DNA from: an uncultured Gammaproteobacteria bacterium
GTDB taxonomy: Bacteria > Patescibacteriota > Microgenomatia > UBA12405
Assembly (NCBI GenBank): GCA_964544275.1
Contig: CAZIZX010000001.1
Coordinates: forward strand, 196,342 to 260,341
Reading direction: 5' to 3'
DNA length: 64,000 bases
The position numbers and the translations under genes were made by a program. The notes beneath the pieces were generated by a model. It ran no database searches and was not told the DNA's origin. It saw nothing but the letters and a program-made list of their open reading frames with translations. This document shows positions 38,444-49,404 of the stretch, piece by piece (the first letter of the stretch is position 1; each line of letters begins with the position of its first letter).

Positions 38444-39225
38444 AGAAAAGTCCGCTTTTGACCATCATAATTTTGGCTGGCAACGAAGAACTAATGATAA
38501 AAGACTGTCTTTTAACCTGTACTTTCGCCCAAGAAGTTATCCTGGTAGCTGCCAATTCATCCGACAATACGGTAAAAATTGCCAAATCTATCCTGCCTTC
38601 AATCAAAATATTCAAAACCACCGACGAATACAACAAAAACTTCTCCAAATGGCGTAATATCGGTTATCGCCACGCTACTGGCAAATGGGTACTCTATGTC
38701 GATGCCGACGAAAGGATAACCCCAAAATTAAGGCAAGAAATTGAAAACATCACCACCTCCCCCCCCCAACACTCTTACTATGTTATACCCAGAGCCAACC
38801 ACTATCTGGGCCAAAGAGTCCGCTACGGCGGTTCCTATCCCGATTACGTTAAGCGTTTATATCTTAAATCAAAGTTTAAAGGTTATCGTGGTGTCCTCCA
38901 CGAAGAACCAATTGTCGACGACAATTTTGATTACTTAAAATCGGATTTACTCCATTATACTCACCGGGATCTCACTTCTATGTTAAATAAAACCATTGTC
39001 TGGACAGACATGGAAGCTCAAGCCTTATTTGCTGCCAATCATCCTCCGGTTGTTTGGTGGCGTTTTATCAGAATGATGTTTACCAAATTTTTCGAAAGAT
39101 TAATTCGTCAACAAATGTACCGTGACGGCACCATTGGCTGGATTTCGGTTATCTTCGAATCTTTCAACACTTTTATCATTTATGCCCGGCTTTGGGAATT
39201 ACAACAAAGAAGCGACAGTTCGTAA
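38437..39225 (+). CDS. GT2 (WaaE/KdtX-like)
   Basis: NEE.MI.DCL, FSKWRN, VDADER, YPDY, LHE.P, HYTH. ATG 38437 preferred over 38422. Confidence 0.85.
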   Translation: MVKKSPLLTIIILAGNEELMIKDCLLTCTFAQEVILVAANSSDNTVKIAKSILPSIKIFKTTDEYNKNFSKWRNIGYRHATGKWVLYVDADERITPKLRQEIENITTSPPQHSYYVIPRANHYLGQRVRYGGSYPDYVKRLYLKSKFKGYRGVLHEEPIVDDNFDYLKSDLLHYTHRDLTSMLNKTIVWTDMEAQALFAANHPPVVWWRFIRMMFTKFFERLIRQQMYRDGTIGWISVIFESFNTFIIYARLWELQQRSDSS

Positions 39226-39236
39226 TATAATAAAAC

Positions 39237-40424
39237 ATGCAACCAAAAGCCGCCATCTATGATCCCTACCTCGACACCTTGGGAGGAGGGGAAAGATACT
39301 GCCTTACTGTAGCCGAAATTCTTCTCAATAACAATTATCAGGTGGATCTATTTTGGTCGGGTGATCCTGATTTAATCCAAAAGGCCCAAAAACGATTCTC
39401 GCTTGATCTCAGAAAACTAAACATCCAACCTGATATCTTCCACATTCACCCCCGTAATATTGACTTTATCGAAGATAATCAGACGCTGGTTAAGCTATCC
39501 AAAACCACGTCTACTCCCCAAAAATTTATCTCCAAATTCAAAGATTTAGTCTCAAAGTATCTCATCAGCAAAAATTACGATTTATTTTTTATCCTAAGTG
39601 ATGGCAGTGTTCCGCTCGTTTTTTCCAAGAATAACTTCCTTCACATCCAAGTTCCCTTTGCCCACAAAACAGATTTTATCAAAACCACTGGAAACTTGGC
39701 TAAATTAAAACTTTATAACCAAATTATTTGTAATTCTCACTTCACCCAAAAGTTTACTCAAAAACTCTTCCCCAAAGCTCCGTCCACCGTCCTCTATCCC
39801 CCCGTCGACGTCGAAAAATTTGGTTCAACCACCCCAAAAGAAAATATTATTCTTTCGGTCGGACGGTTTGATAATATTCTTAATGCCAAGAAGCAGGAAG
39901 TTTTGATAACTGCCTTTAAAAAACTATATCCTAAGATCAAATCACCCAAATGGAAACTTATCCTGGCCGGTGGTAGTCTGACTGATCCTCAAAACAACTC
40001 CTATCTTCAATTACTCCAACAACAAGCCAAAGATTATCCCGTTGAATTCTTGATAAATCCAGACTTCAAAACCCTATGCTCAACTTACGCCGCTTCTAAA
40101 ATATACTGGCATGCTGCCGGATTTGGTGTCAACGAAAACAAAGAACCCCAATATACGGAGCATTTTGGAATTACCATTGTCGAAGCTATGTCCTCCGGCC
40201 TCGTCCCTATCGTCGTCAACAAAGGCGGGCTCAAAGAAATAATAAGGCCCAGCCAAAACGGCTATCTTTGGGACACACCAACTCAATTAATCAATCAAAC
40301 GCTCAGATTGATCAACAACCCCAAAATCCTAAAGAAACTCTCTCTGTCCAGTCTCAAAGACTCCTGTCAGTATTCAAAGGAAAATTTCGAAAATAAGTTC
40401 TTAACTCTTATAGCTAAACCATGA
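39237..40424 (+). CDS. GT4 (GT-B) glycosyltransferase
   Basis: GGGER, CNS.FT, YPPVD, SVGRF, EHFGITIVEAMSSG. Confidence 0.88.
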   Translation: MQPKAAIYDPYLDTLGGGERYCLTVAEILLNNNYQVDLFWSGDPDLIQKAQKRFSLDLRKLNIQPDIFHIHPRNIDFIEDNQTLVKLSKTTSTPQKFISKFKDLVSKYLISKNYDLFFILSDGSVPLVFSKNNFLHIQVPFAHKTDFIKTTGNLAKLKLYNQIICNSHFTQKFTQKLFPKAPSTVLYPPVDVEKFGSTTPKENIILSVGRFDNILNAKKQEVLITAFKKLYPKIKSPKWKLILAGGSLTDPQNNSYLQLLQQQAKDYPVEFLINPDFKTLCSTYAASKIYWHAAGFGVNENKEPQYTEHFGITIVEAMSSGLVPIVVNKGGLKEIIRPSQNGYLWDTPTQLINQTLRLINNPKILKKLSLSSLKDSCQYSKENFENKFLTLIAKP

Positions 40425-41293
40425 ACATCTCCGTCATCGTCACTAATTGGAATGGGGTCAAACTTCTCCAGAAAAATCTTGAAACTATCATAAGTACTTG
40501 CCCCCAAGCCCAAGAAGTCATCTTGGCCGATGATGCTTCCACCGACAACTCAGTTGCCTATGCCAAAACTCTCCAAAAAAAATATCCTCAGCTAAAAATT
40601 ATCAAAAATAAAACTAATCTTGGCTTTGGAGAAAACACCAATAACGCCGTCAACAAAAGCAAGGGAGATTTTGTTGTTTTACTCAATAATGACATCTTAC
40701 CCGAACCTGATTTTCTTATCCCTTCCCTTAAACACTTTTCCGACCCTCTAGTCCTTGGTGTTGGCTTTGCCGAAAAAGGTCACGAAAATTGGGCCAGAAT
40801 CTTTTGGAGTGACGGTTACCTCCAACATGAACCCGGCAATGATATTTCCAAAACTCACATCAGTGCCTGGATCTCCGGCGGCAGCTCGATCATTAGAAAA
40901 AGTCTGTTTCAAAAACTCAAAGGCTTTGATCCCGTTTACGCCCCTTTCTACTCAGAAGATCTCGACTTGGGGTTCCGTGCCTGGAAATCCGGCTATAAAC
41001 TTCTCTGGGAACCAAAATCAATCATCACCCACAAACACGAAGCCACCATTTCCCGGTTTCCCAAGAAATTTCTTGATTATGTCAAGGAAAGAAACCGGCT
41101 CCTTACCGTCTGGCGCAATATTTCAGACCGCAATCTTCTGACCAAAAACAAAATTGCCGTTATCAGTCGTGTTCTCTTTGGCCCCAATTACATAAAAATT
41201 ATCCGGGCTGCCAACAGACAAATAAAATTAAACCCACCTCCAACGGTCTTCCCTAAATTAACCGATAGGGAAGTTTTTGACATGTTTTCATGA
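40421..41293 (+). CDS. GT2 (WbbL-like)
   Basis: TNWNG, DDASTD, NLGF, LLNND, GFD..Y.PFY.EDLD. Confidence 0.85.
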   Translation: MNISVIVTNWNGVKLLQKNLETIISTCPQAQEVILADDASTDNSVAYAKTLQKKYPQLKIIKNKTNLGFGENTNNAVNKSKGDFVVLLNNDILPEPDFLIPSLKHFSDPLVLGVGFAEKGHENWARIFWSDGYLQHEPGNDISKTHISAWISGGSSIIRKSLFQKLKGFDPVYAPFYSEDLDLGFRAWKSGYKLLWEPKSIITHKHEATISRFPKKFLDYVKERNRLLTVWRNISDRNLLTKNKIAVISRVLFGPNYIKIIRAANRQIKLNPPPTVFPKLTDREVFDMFS

Positions 41294-42096
41294 AAACCAA
41301 ACTATCCGTTATTATTTTAACCTGGAATACCGCCCAAATTACCAAAAAATGTGTTCTATCTGTCATAAAACACCTAAAAAATGTTGACTACGAAATAATT
41401 CTTGTTGACAACAACTCCACTGACAACACCATAAGTGTAATCAAGCAAATAAAAGATCCTCGCATTAAAATAATCAAAAATACCGCCAATCTGGGCTTCT
41501 CCAAAGGAAATAATATCGGAGCTTCCAAAGCCAAGGGGGAATTTTTATTCTTCCTTAACTCAGATATGGTACTAATTGACAATAGCATCAATCTCATGCT
41601 TGAGTTTTTAAGCAATCATCCAAATATCGGAGCCATTGGACCACAGTTTCTCCATCCCGATTCATCACCCCAAGCGTCAGTTTTTCCTCCCCAAACCCCT
41701 CTCAACGCCTTCAAAGAGTTTTTCTTAAATAAGCCCCGTTATTCCAAATATTTACCTAACACCGCCAGTCCCTCTCCCGTCTGGGCCATATCCGGCGGTG
41801 CCCTTTTAATAAAAAAAACGTTATTCTCCAAAATTAACGGCTGGAATGAAAAATATTTCTTCTATTTTGAAGACTTAGATATTTGTCGAAGATTAAGAAA
41901 AATGGATAAGTTAATATTTTACTTCCCCAAAACCCAAGTTATTCACTACCACGGAATCAGCGGTAAAAATATCACCTCATCTGAAAATCAATGGCGTCGA
42001 CTCATCCCAAGCAGTATCATTTATCACGGTTTCCTGGGTCATTATCTTATTAACTCGATTATCTGGTCAGGTCAAAAATTCAAAAAACTGATTTAA
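41290..42096 (+). CDS. GT2 (WbbL-like)
   Basis: LTWN, VDNNSTD, NLGFSKGNN, FLNSD, YFFYFEDLD. Confidence 0.85.
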   Translation: MKTKLSVIILTWNTAQITKKCVLSVIKHLKNVDYEIILVDNNSTDNTISVIKQIKDPRIKIIKNTANLGFSKGNNIGASKAKGEFLFFLNSDMVLIDNSINLMLEFLSNHPNIGAIGPQFLHPDSSPQASVFPPQTPLNAFKEFFLNKPRYSKYLPNTASPSPVWAISGGALLIKKTLFSKINGWNEKYFFYFEDLDICRRLRKMDKLIFYFPKTQVIHYHGISGKNITSSENQWRRLIPSSIIYHGFLGHYLINSIIWSGQKFKKLI

Positions 42097-43574
42097 AACC
42101 AGGGTCTATTTTCTTTTAGCATTCCTTCCGATGACCTCAGAACCATAAACCGCCAAAAAAACGGTATTTTTATCGTCGATAATTTTGTACTCGGCCCGAT
42201 GGGACAATTAACATGCTCGCACTTGAGTTCGAATGCGTTATATATATATTTACTGTTAAACCACATTCCCATCGCCAAAAATACTATAAATACCACCCCT
42301 GACAATCTCTTGGCCCATTTTTTTTGCCAAGCCAAATAAACAAGCGAAGGCACCAAAGCCAATAAATACGTCAGCCTAAAAACATTCGCCGGAGTCGTGG
42401 GCCGATGGGCATTGGACAGATAATACCGGGAACTCACTATCAACCCAATAGCCAAGGCTAAATTAAAAAACGTCGGATTTTTGTAAATTTCCCTTACACC
42501 CATAGCTCCAAAAATGGCCATTATCGGAAACATCGTATATCGGTACCACGGTAATAAATCCTGTTCCGACCCGGAAAATACCGCCACCATCAACCAATAA
42601 AAGAAAAACAACGACAATAACCAAACTTCCCGGCTTTTATTTTTCTTCAAACTGAAATACAAAGAGAATACTAAACAAAAAATGTACCAGCCATCAAACA
42701 ACAAGAATATGTCATAAGCGGGAGAGGTCAATACATGGCCCAACCCACTCCACCCGGCAAATCTTTGGCCTTGTATGCTAACAATAGTATTAAATAACTC
42801 CCAATTATAATAATAACCATAAGCCACAAAAGCAGCCACCCCGGCCAAAGTCAACAAAAGTATCACCAGTGAATCTCGCCACCTCTTTTGCCTCATACAA
42901 ATAAATATACCCAAAGGTGCCAAGAAAAATCCGGTCGGTTTCATCAAACCCAAAACAAATGAGGCCACGCCAAATACTACTGCGATCGAAAGTCTCGGTT
43001 TTTTCATATAACTCCTCGCCAACAGTAAACTACCCACCGACACCATGGCTATCATATTTTCGGGAACCGACAATCTCGACCCAAACACAAAAACCGGGGT
43101 CAATCCATATACCAGCATCGACAACAATCCTATTTTATAACCAAAAAACTTATATCCCACCCAAAACACCAATAATGACGTAATCAAAGAAGCCACCACT
43201 GACGGTATTCTCGAACGGGATGCCGGGATCACATCGTCTCTATTGTCACCATACAAATGAGCTACGCCTCCCGACATCAAACTATAAAGTGGCGGTTCGT
43301 CAAGCCAAGGTTTGTATAACTTGGCCGGTAAAAATACATTATCAATATCGCCTACAATCCCATCATAAACCAAATTCTCTTCCGGATAATCCAGGGTAGA
43401 CCACGATACCGGAACGCCAGTCTCAATCAAGTGAATCCCTGACCAACTATAAAGCAACTCTTCCGCATGATTTACCTCCGGCACCCTGTCGTAGTTATGA
43501 AGTTTAACTACGGATATAAACATAAACAAACAAAAGAAAACCAAATATCCAACCAATTTCTTATATCTATTCAT
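42093..43574 (-). CDS. GT-C membrane glycosyltransferase
   Basis: AEE acidic loop after TM1, LDEPPLY, RIPSV, P..VFGSRL..PE, LMK, WYRY. Confidence 0.75.
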   Translation of the reverse strand: MNRYKKLVGYLVFFCLFMFISVVKLHNYDRVPEVNHAEELLYSWSGIHLIETGVPVSWSTLDYPEENLVYDGIVGDIDNVFLPAKLYKPWLDEPPLYSLMSGGVAHLYGDNRDDVIPASRSRIPSVVASLITSLLVFWVGYKFFGYKIGLLSMLVYGLTPVFVFGSRLSVPENMIAMVSVGSLLLARSYMKKPRLSIAVVFGVASFVLGLMKPTGFFLAPLGIFICMRQKRWRDSLVILLLTLAGVAAFVAYGYYYNWELFNTIVSIQGQRFAGWSGLGHVLTSPAYDIFLLFDGWYIFCLVFSLYFSLKKNKSREVWLLSLFFFYWLMVAVFSGSEQDLLPWYRYTMFPIMAIFGAMGVREIYKNPTFFNLALAIGLIVSSRYYLSNAHRPTTPANVFRLTYLLALVPSLVYLAWQKKWAKRLSGVVFIVFLAMGMWFNSKYIYNAFELKCEHVNCPIGPSTKLSTIKIPFFWRFMVLRSSEGMLKENRPWF

Positions 43575-43603
43575 ACGATAGTATATAATTTTCTCAGCTT
43601 ATA

Positions 43604-45181
43604 ATGATAAAGATAAAACCAATCCTTCTCTTATTTTTAGTCTCCCTCATTCCCAGATTATTATTTCTTGACCACCTTCCTCCCAGTCTAAATTGGGACG
43701 AAGTATCTCACGGCTACAATGCCTACTCCATCCTCAAAACCGCCAAAGACGAGTGGGGGAGTACCTTGCCTCTAATTTTTCGGGCCTACGGAGATTACAA
43801 GCTGCCTTTGTACATTTACCTGACAATTCCCTTTGTTTATCTTTTTGGCCTGAATACCCTGTCGGTCAAACTGGTCTCAATCATTGCCGGTTCGCTTATC
43901 CCTGTTGTCGTTTATTTTATCAGCAAAAAATATTTACAGTCCAGAACCGCTTTTCTGACCGCCCTTATTACCTCATTCTCTCCCTGGGCTATATTTACCT
44001 CGCGAATTGCTCTCGAAGCCAACCTTTTTGTCTTATTACTTTTGTTTTCATTCTACCTCATTCTCCAAAAAAAATACGTTTTAAGCACCGTAATCTACTC
44101 TTTTAGTCTCTTCACCTACAACAGCAGCCGGGTTTATCTGCCTTTTTACCTGCTACTCCTCATCTTCTCCATTGTTAGCAACAAGTTTCCCCTCAAAAAA
44201 AACTTCTTTTATTTTTCGTTCTTTTTTATGTCTCTTCTGCTTGTTCTCACCCAAACCCTAAACCCCGAAGGTCAAGCCCGTTACAAATGGGTTTCTATCC
44301 TGGACTCAGGGGCCATCAATCAAATCAACGAACTCAGGAGTGAATACCCCCGCATTTTTGTAAATAAAGTTACCTATTTTATCTACAAAGCCGGCGGCAA
44401 CTACCTGTCTCATTTTCACCCCAAATATATATTTTCAGAAGGTTCCAGTAATTACCAGTTTAACATTCCTAACTTTTACCTTATTCACCCCCTATTCTTC
44501 CCCCTCTTAATTTTAGGTCTTTATCGATTACTCAAAACCAGGTCTGTCAACCACAAAGTCTTACTCCTGTTTTTATTAATTGCTCCCATCCCCTCAGCCA
44601 TCACCCGCGACGCCCCGCACATTCTCAGAAGTCTGGCCTTTTTACCCGTAACTACACTAATCATTGGTTTGGGCATTGATTTTGTCTCCCAAAAAACCAA
44701 ACTCCATCCGCCCCTCATCTTCCTCATCCTCGCCACCCTTGCTTTTTCTCAATTTCAATTTTGGAAATCTTACAAAACTTACCGGCATAATTACTCCCAA
44801 AGCTGGCAATACGGCTACCAACAAGCCATAGAATTCGCCAAACCCCTTTACCACGATTATGACGAAATCATCATCACCAAAAATTACGGAGAACCTCACG
44901 AATTTGTATTATTTTATTTTCCCTGGCCACCTCAGAAATATCAATCGGAGGATAAAAACTGGTCTTATCACACCGACTGGTATTGGGTGGATTCTTTCGA
45001 CAAATTTACTTTCTTAAACGATTGGGAAATCCCTGATAAATTAGATGGTTTTCACGTGAAAAATACTCTCTTAATTACCACCCCCTCAAACTACAATCCG
45101 GAATTTTATACCCTCCTCTCAACCATAAATTTCCTCGACGGCACTCCGGCCTTCGACATCCTAAAAAGCAATGAAAACTAA
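43604..45181 (+). CDS. GT-C membrane glycosyltransferase (GYNAYS subgroup)
   Basis: WDEVSHGYNAYSILKTAKDEWG..LP..FRAYGDYKLP, SPW....SR..LE, SWQYGY. Confidence 0.82.
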   Translation: MIKIKPILLLFLVSLIPRLLFLDHLPPSLNWDEVSHGYNAYSILKTAKDEWGSTLPLIFRAYGDYKLPLYIYLTIPFVYLFGLNTLSVKLVSIIAGSLIPVVVYFISKKYLQSRTAFLTALITSFSPWAIFTSRIALEANLFVLLLLFSFYLILQKKYVLSTVIYSFSLFTYNSSRVYLPFYLLLLIFSIVSNKFPLKKNFFYFSFFFMSLLLVLTQTLNPEGQARYKWVSILDSGAINQINELRSEYPRIFVNKVTYFIYKAGGNYLSHFHPKYIFSEGSSNYQFNIPNFYLIHPLFFPLLILGLYRLLKTRSVNHKVLLLFLLIAPIPSAITRDAPHILRSLAFLPVTTLIIGLGIDFVSQKTKLHPPLIFLILATLAFSQFQFWKSYKTYRHNYSQSWQYGYQQAIEFAKPLYHDYDEIIITKNYGEPHEFVLFYFPWPPQKYQSEDKNWSYHTDWYWVDSFDKFTFLNDWEIPDKLDGFHVKNTLLITTPSNYNPEFYTLLSTINFLDGTPAFDILKSNEN

Positions 45182-45932
45182 TATTAAATTTCTATCGTTA
45201 CTTCTAATAACCGGTCTTATAATCAGACTCCTGCTTTTCCCCACAGGAAATATCGTCAACTGTATCCAGTTTTTAGCCATTACTTCAGCCTTTTATCTTC
45301 TGATACTAAAATTTACCCAAAAACCACCACTCGCCCTTGTTAGCGCTGCCATTTATGCTACCAGCCCTCTGAGCACCCAATCTTTTGTGTTCGTCCCCCT
45401 GCAAACCATTATCCTCGTTTTCTTTCCGCTAATATTTTTTGCTACATCCTATGTTGTTCCAAAAATAAAAATATCCGCCGCAATAATATTATTGACCATC
45501 CTCTTCTTCTTTCAATTCCCACCCTCAACACTTTCACTCATCCACCCCCACTTTCTGTTTTTCCAGTCCAATTGGGACTCGTTTAATTTTCTTGCTCCCT
45601 ACACCGGCTATCTCCTCCTGCCCTCAATTCTTTTCCTCCCCCTGGGCCTATATTATTTTTTCAAAAAACCAACCCCGCTGGGAATTACTTTTCTTGCTCT
45701 CCTCTTTTTAGCTCCCATATTCAAAACAATGGAAATTGTCATCATCCTCCCGCTTTCATACTTTACCGCGCTGGGAATATATCAAACCGCCAATCTTTTT
45801 AACCCGAAATATCGCCAATGTTACTACACCGCCGTCTTTCTGCTTCTTTTACTTTTTTTTCTCTATTCCTCAGATCTATATCTTTTCCACGCCCCCAAAC
45901 TTACCCCTTATTTCCTCCAAAATAGTCTATGA
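45171..45932 (+). CDS. Short, internally reduced GT-C-like membrane protein
   Basis: LIIRLL N-terminus with no DE loop; YATSP; IHPHFLFF..GYLLL..LFLPLGLY resembles the neighbouring GT-Cs. Confidence 0.6.
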   Translation: MKTNIKFLSLLLITGLIIRLLLFPTGNIVNCIQFLAITSAFYLLILKFTQKPPLALVSAAIYATSPLSTQSFVFVPLQTIILVFFPLIFFATSYVVPKIKISAAIILLTILFFFQFPPSTLSLIHPHFLFFQSNWDSFNFLAPYTGYLLLPSILFLPLGLYYFFKKPTPLGITFLALLFLAPIFKTMEIVIILPLSYFTALGIYQTANLFNPKYRQCYYTAVFLLLLLFFLYSSDLYLFHAPKLTPYFLQNSL

Positions 45933-47515
45933 ACCTCAAACTATTGCTCATACTAACCCTGGCTCTTCTCGTCCGATCGGTAAACATCTCCTCCTATCCG
46001 CCTCTCAATCCCGACGAAGCTGCCATCGGTTACAACGCCTACTCCTTGCTTCTAACCGGCAAAGACGAGCATGGCACATCTTGGCCACTTCACTTCAAGT
46101 CCTTCGGCGATTACAAACCCGGCGGTTACATCTACCTAAGTCTGCCTTTCATTGCCCTAAACGGCCTTAATCCTTTATCCGTCAGACTGCCCAACATTTT
46201 CCTGTCCCTAATCGCCCTGTATTATTTGTACCAAATCATTCAAATCTTAACTCACAATCAGCGTCTGAGTCTGATTACTGTTTCTTTAGCCTCAATTAAT
46301 CCCTGGTTGATCCATTTTAATCGGGGAGGATGGGAATCATCGGTCGCCCTGTCGTTGATAGTAATTGGAACTTTTTATTTCCTCAAATCCCTTAAGCAAA
46401 AAATTTCCTTAAATTTCTTTCTTTTTACCTTATTTTTTGTTCTGTCACTCTACGTTTATCACTCAGCCAGGATTATCGCCCCATTATTAGCCCTTTCCTA
46501 CGTCCTCCTCAATGCCCGATATCTTTTGTCCAACTTCAAAAAAATAATCATACCCACCCTCATCGCCTTTCTATTATGTCTTCCGGTCCTCTTCTCGTTT
46601 TTAAATAGTGGCGGATCTGTCAGATTTAGCGGAGTTGGTATAACTGCCGACCCCGGTCCGCTCTGGCGTGCCAATGAATTAATTGGCCACCATTCACCAG
46701 ACTCATTCTACTCCAAGATTATTCACAGCAGCAAAGTCCATTACTTACTTTCCTGGGCCGACAAATACCTTTCTCATTTCAACCCTTCCTTTCTTTTTAC
46801 CACCGGCGATGAAGTTCCTCGGTCAAAAATACCTTACTTCGGCCAATTTTACTTGATTGAATTGCTCTTTTTACTCTTCGGCCTTCATCTTTTATTCTCC
46901 GCCCAAAAGTACCGCTCGCTCAAAACTATAATCATCCCTTGGCTTTTAGTATCCCCTCTGGCTTCATCTTTGACCTTTCAGGCACCCTCAGCTCTCCGCT
47001 CTCTTCCCCTCGTCATTCCGATATTGATTATCATCTCCTTGGGATTCGATTTTATTTTATCCAGAACCCATAAGCTATTACGGCTCATCCCTCCTCTACT
47101 ATATGTTCTCACCTTTGTTTTTTATCTTCACTCATATTTTATATCCTATCCGCGAATTTACCCCACCGCCTGGAATTACGGCTTCAACCAGCTAGTCAAC
47201 ACCATCAATTCCGATTTTCCCCAATATGACCGGGTTTTCGTCACTAACAAATATGATCAGCCCTATATTTACTTTTTATTTTTCAACCAATACCTCCCCG
47301 ATTCTCTTCACCCTCAAATAACTCTCACCCCTCCAGACCAGTTTGGCTTCCAGACCGTACCTTCTTTTGACCGCTATCATTTTGGCGCCATCAACTGGGA
47401 TACAATTCCACCCGACTCTCTGGTCATAACCGCCGACGAAACCCTACCCTCCAATCCCGTAAAAACTATAAATTTTGATAATAACCAACCGGCGTTTAAA
47501 ATATATACTAAGTAA
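45929..47515 (+). CDS. GT-C membrane glycosyltransferase (GYNAYS subgroup)
   Basis: PDEAAIGYNAYSLLLTGKDEHG..WP..FKSFGDYKP, VRLP, NPW..HF.R.GWE, WNYG, QPYIY. Confidence 0.82.
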   Translation: MNLKLLLILTLALLVRSVNISSYPPLNPDEAAIGYNAYSLLLTGKDEHGTSWPLHFKSFGDYKPGGYIYLSLPFIALNGLNPLSVRLPNIFLSLIALYYLYQIIQILTHNQRLSLITVSLASINPWLIHFNRGGWESSVALSLIVIGTFYFLKSLKQKISLNFFLFTLFFVLSLYVYHSARIIAPLLALSYVLLNARYLLSNFKKIIIPTLIAFLLCLPVLFSFLNSGGSVRFSGVGITADPGPLWRANELIGHHSPDSFYSKIIHSSKVHYLLSWADKYLSHFNPSFLFTTGDEVPRSKIPYFGQFYLIELLFLLFGLHLLFSAQKYRSLKTIIIPWLLVSPLASSLTFQAPSALRSLPLVIPILIIISLGFDFILSRTHKLLRLIPPLLYVLTFVFYLHSYFISYPRIYPTAWNYGFNQLVNTINSDFPQYDRVFVTNKYDQPYIYFLFFNQYLPDSLHPQITLTPPDQFGFQTVPSFDRYHFGAINWDTIPPDSLVITADETLPSNPVKTINFDNNQPAFKIYTK

Positions 47516-47518
47516 ATC

Positions 47519-48337
47519 ATGAAAACATCAAACATCTCCGTCGCCATTGCCACCTTCAACGAAGAAAATAACATCAAGACCTGTCTTGACTCGGTCCACT
47601 CCTGGGTTGACGAAATTATTGTTGTTGACGGTTCATCTACCGACAACACTCCCAAAATTATCAAACAATTCCCCAAAGCCAAACTCATCTCCACCACCAA
47701 CAAACCCATGTTCCACATCAATAAGCAAATCGCCATCGATGCTTGTCGAAAAAACTGGGTTTTGCAATTGGACGCCGATGAAGTAGTCAGCCCTGCTCTC
47801 AAAAAGGAACTTCTTTCAATTTCAACCAAAAATCCAGACCAAGTTCCCCGCAGCGGCTTCTGGATCAATCGCCAGAATTATTTTTTGACTTCATTCCTCA
47901 AAAAAGGTGGTGTTTATCCTGACCCGACCATTCGCTTCTACAAAAACGGCCAGGCCCACTTACCCTGCCAGTCCGTTCACGAACAGGCAACTGTCAGCGG
48001 GTCTGTCGGTCATCTCAAAAACGATCTATTGCATTTTGCTGATCCCACTTTCTCCCGTTACCTCAGTCGCAACAATCGCTACACCACTCTCATGGCCAAC
48101 GAACTCCAGCAGCAAAAACTACCCCTTAATTTTATTAATTTATTCAATTATTTTCTTATCAAACCAGTTTCCTGGTTTCTATCAACTTACTTTCGCCACA
48201 AAGGTTTTACCGACGGATTCCCCGGTTTTGTCTTCTCTTTCTACTCATCTCTCCGTTTTCCCATAGCCTATATCAAATACTGGGAACTGAAACATAGTCA
48301 TCGCCAAGTTAACATATCAACAGACTGGGACGCATGA
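47519..48337 (+). CDS. GT2 (WaaE/KdtX-like)
   Basis: FNEE.NI..CL.S, VVDGSSTD, LDADE, YPD..IRF, VHE. Confidence 0.85.
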   Translation: MKTSNISVAIATFNEENNIKTCLDSVHSWVDEIIVVDGSSTDNTPKIIKQFPKAKLISTTNKPMFHINKQIAIDACRKNWVLQLDADEVVSPALKKELLSISTKNPDQVPRSGFWINRQNYFLTSFLKKGGVYPDPTIRFYKNGQAHLPCQSVHEQATVSGSVGHLKNDLLHFADPTFSRYLSRNNRYTTLMANELQQQKLPLNFINLFNYFLIKPVSWFLSTYFRHKGFTDGFPGFVFSFYSSLRFPIAYIKYWELKHSHRQVNISTDWDA

Positions 48338-49404
48338 AAAAACAAAAAATAGCCATTGACATCTCACCCACTTTCGATGGCAATTCGCTTCGTGGCATTG
48401 GCTATTTTACCTCCCGACTGGTCGAGTCAATTAAAACTGAACTAAAAACCAATCCTGAATTCAAAAACTATCAGGTCGATTTCCTCACTCGAATTGATCA
48501 AAACCAATCAGGCTATGACTTAATTCACTATCCTTTTTTCGATCCGTTCAAGCTAACACTCCCCTCCAAAAAAAACATTCCTACCATTGTTACCGTCTAC
48601 GACCTCATCCCTCGACAATTTAAACAATTTTTTCCCGTTGGCATAAAAGGGGAATTATCCTGGCAAATCCAAAAAGCTCGCCTCCGCCATTCCGATTATC
48701 TAATAACTTGCTCCCACTATTCAAAACATATCATTAGCGATCTGACCGGCTATCCTGCTGACAGAATTTACGTCACCTACGCTGCTGCCGACGACAATTT
48801 TCGTCCCATCAAAAATCAGACAAAACTAAATTCCGTTAGCCAAAAATACCATCTTCCCGATAAATTTGTCCTTTATCTTGGTGATATTAATTGGAACAAA
48901 AACATCCCCTCCCTAGTCAAAGCTTGCCAAAAATTAAAATATCCTCTGGTAATAGTCGGATCGGCCGCCACTGAAAAAGACATCCCCGTTCATCCCTGGA
49001 CCCAAGACCTTCGCTGGCTCCAATCCCAAGCAAAAAAATCCCAGCTCATCCAATTAACTGGTTTCGTCCCCGACGAAGACCTTCCCGCCATCTTTAACCT
49101 GGCCACCATCTATTGTCAACCATCCTTTGCCGAAGGCTTCGGCGTACCTGTCGTCCAAGCTATGCAGTCAGGTTGTACCGTAGCCTACAGTACCGAAACC
49201 AGCCTTCCGGAAGTGATGGATTTTAACGGTGAATTTTTTGATCCCTATTCAACAAGCGAAATTCAAACTGCCTTGTCTAAACTGTGGAATGATCCCAAAT
49301 TGAGAAATCATTACCAAAAAAGCGGCCTCAAAAGGGCTCGGTTTTTCGACTGGAAACTAACAGCTATCCAAACATTATCCGTCTACCAACTAGCTCTTTT
49401 ATGA
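48334..49404 (+). CDS. GT4 glycosyltransferase (mannosyltransferase-like)
   Basis: RGIG, TVYDLIP, LYLG....KN, GFVPDEDL, PSFAEGFGVPVVQAM. Confidence 0.88.
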   Translation: MKKQKIAIDISPTFDGNSLRGIGYFTSRLVESIKTELKTNPEFKNYQVDFLTRIDQNQSGYDLIHYPFFDPFKLTLPSKKNIPTIVTVYDLIPRQFKQFFPVGIKGELSWQIQKARLRHSDYLITCSHYSKHIISDLTGYPADRIYVTYAAADDNFRPIKNQTKLNSVSQKYHLPDKFVLYLGDINWNKNIPSLVKACQKLKYPLVIVGSAATEKDIPVHPWTQDLRWLQSQAKKSQLIQLTGFVPDEDLPAIFNLATIYCQPSFAEGFGVPVVQAMQSGCTVAYSTETSLPEVMDFNGEFFDPYSTSEIQTALSKLWNDPKLRNHYQKSGLKRARFFDWKLTAIQTLSVYQLALL

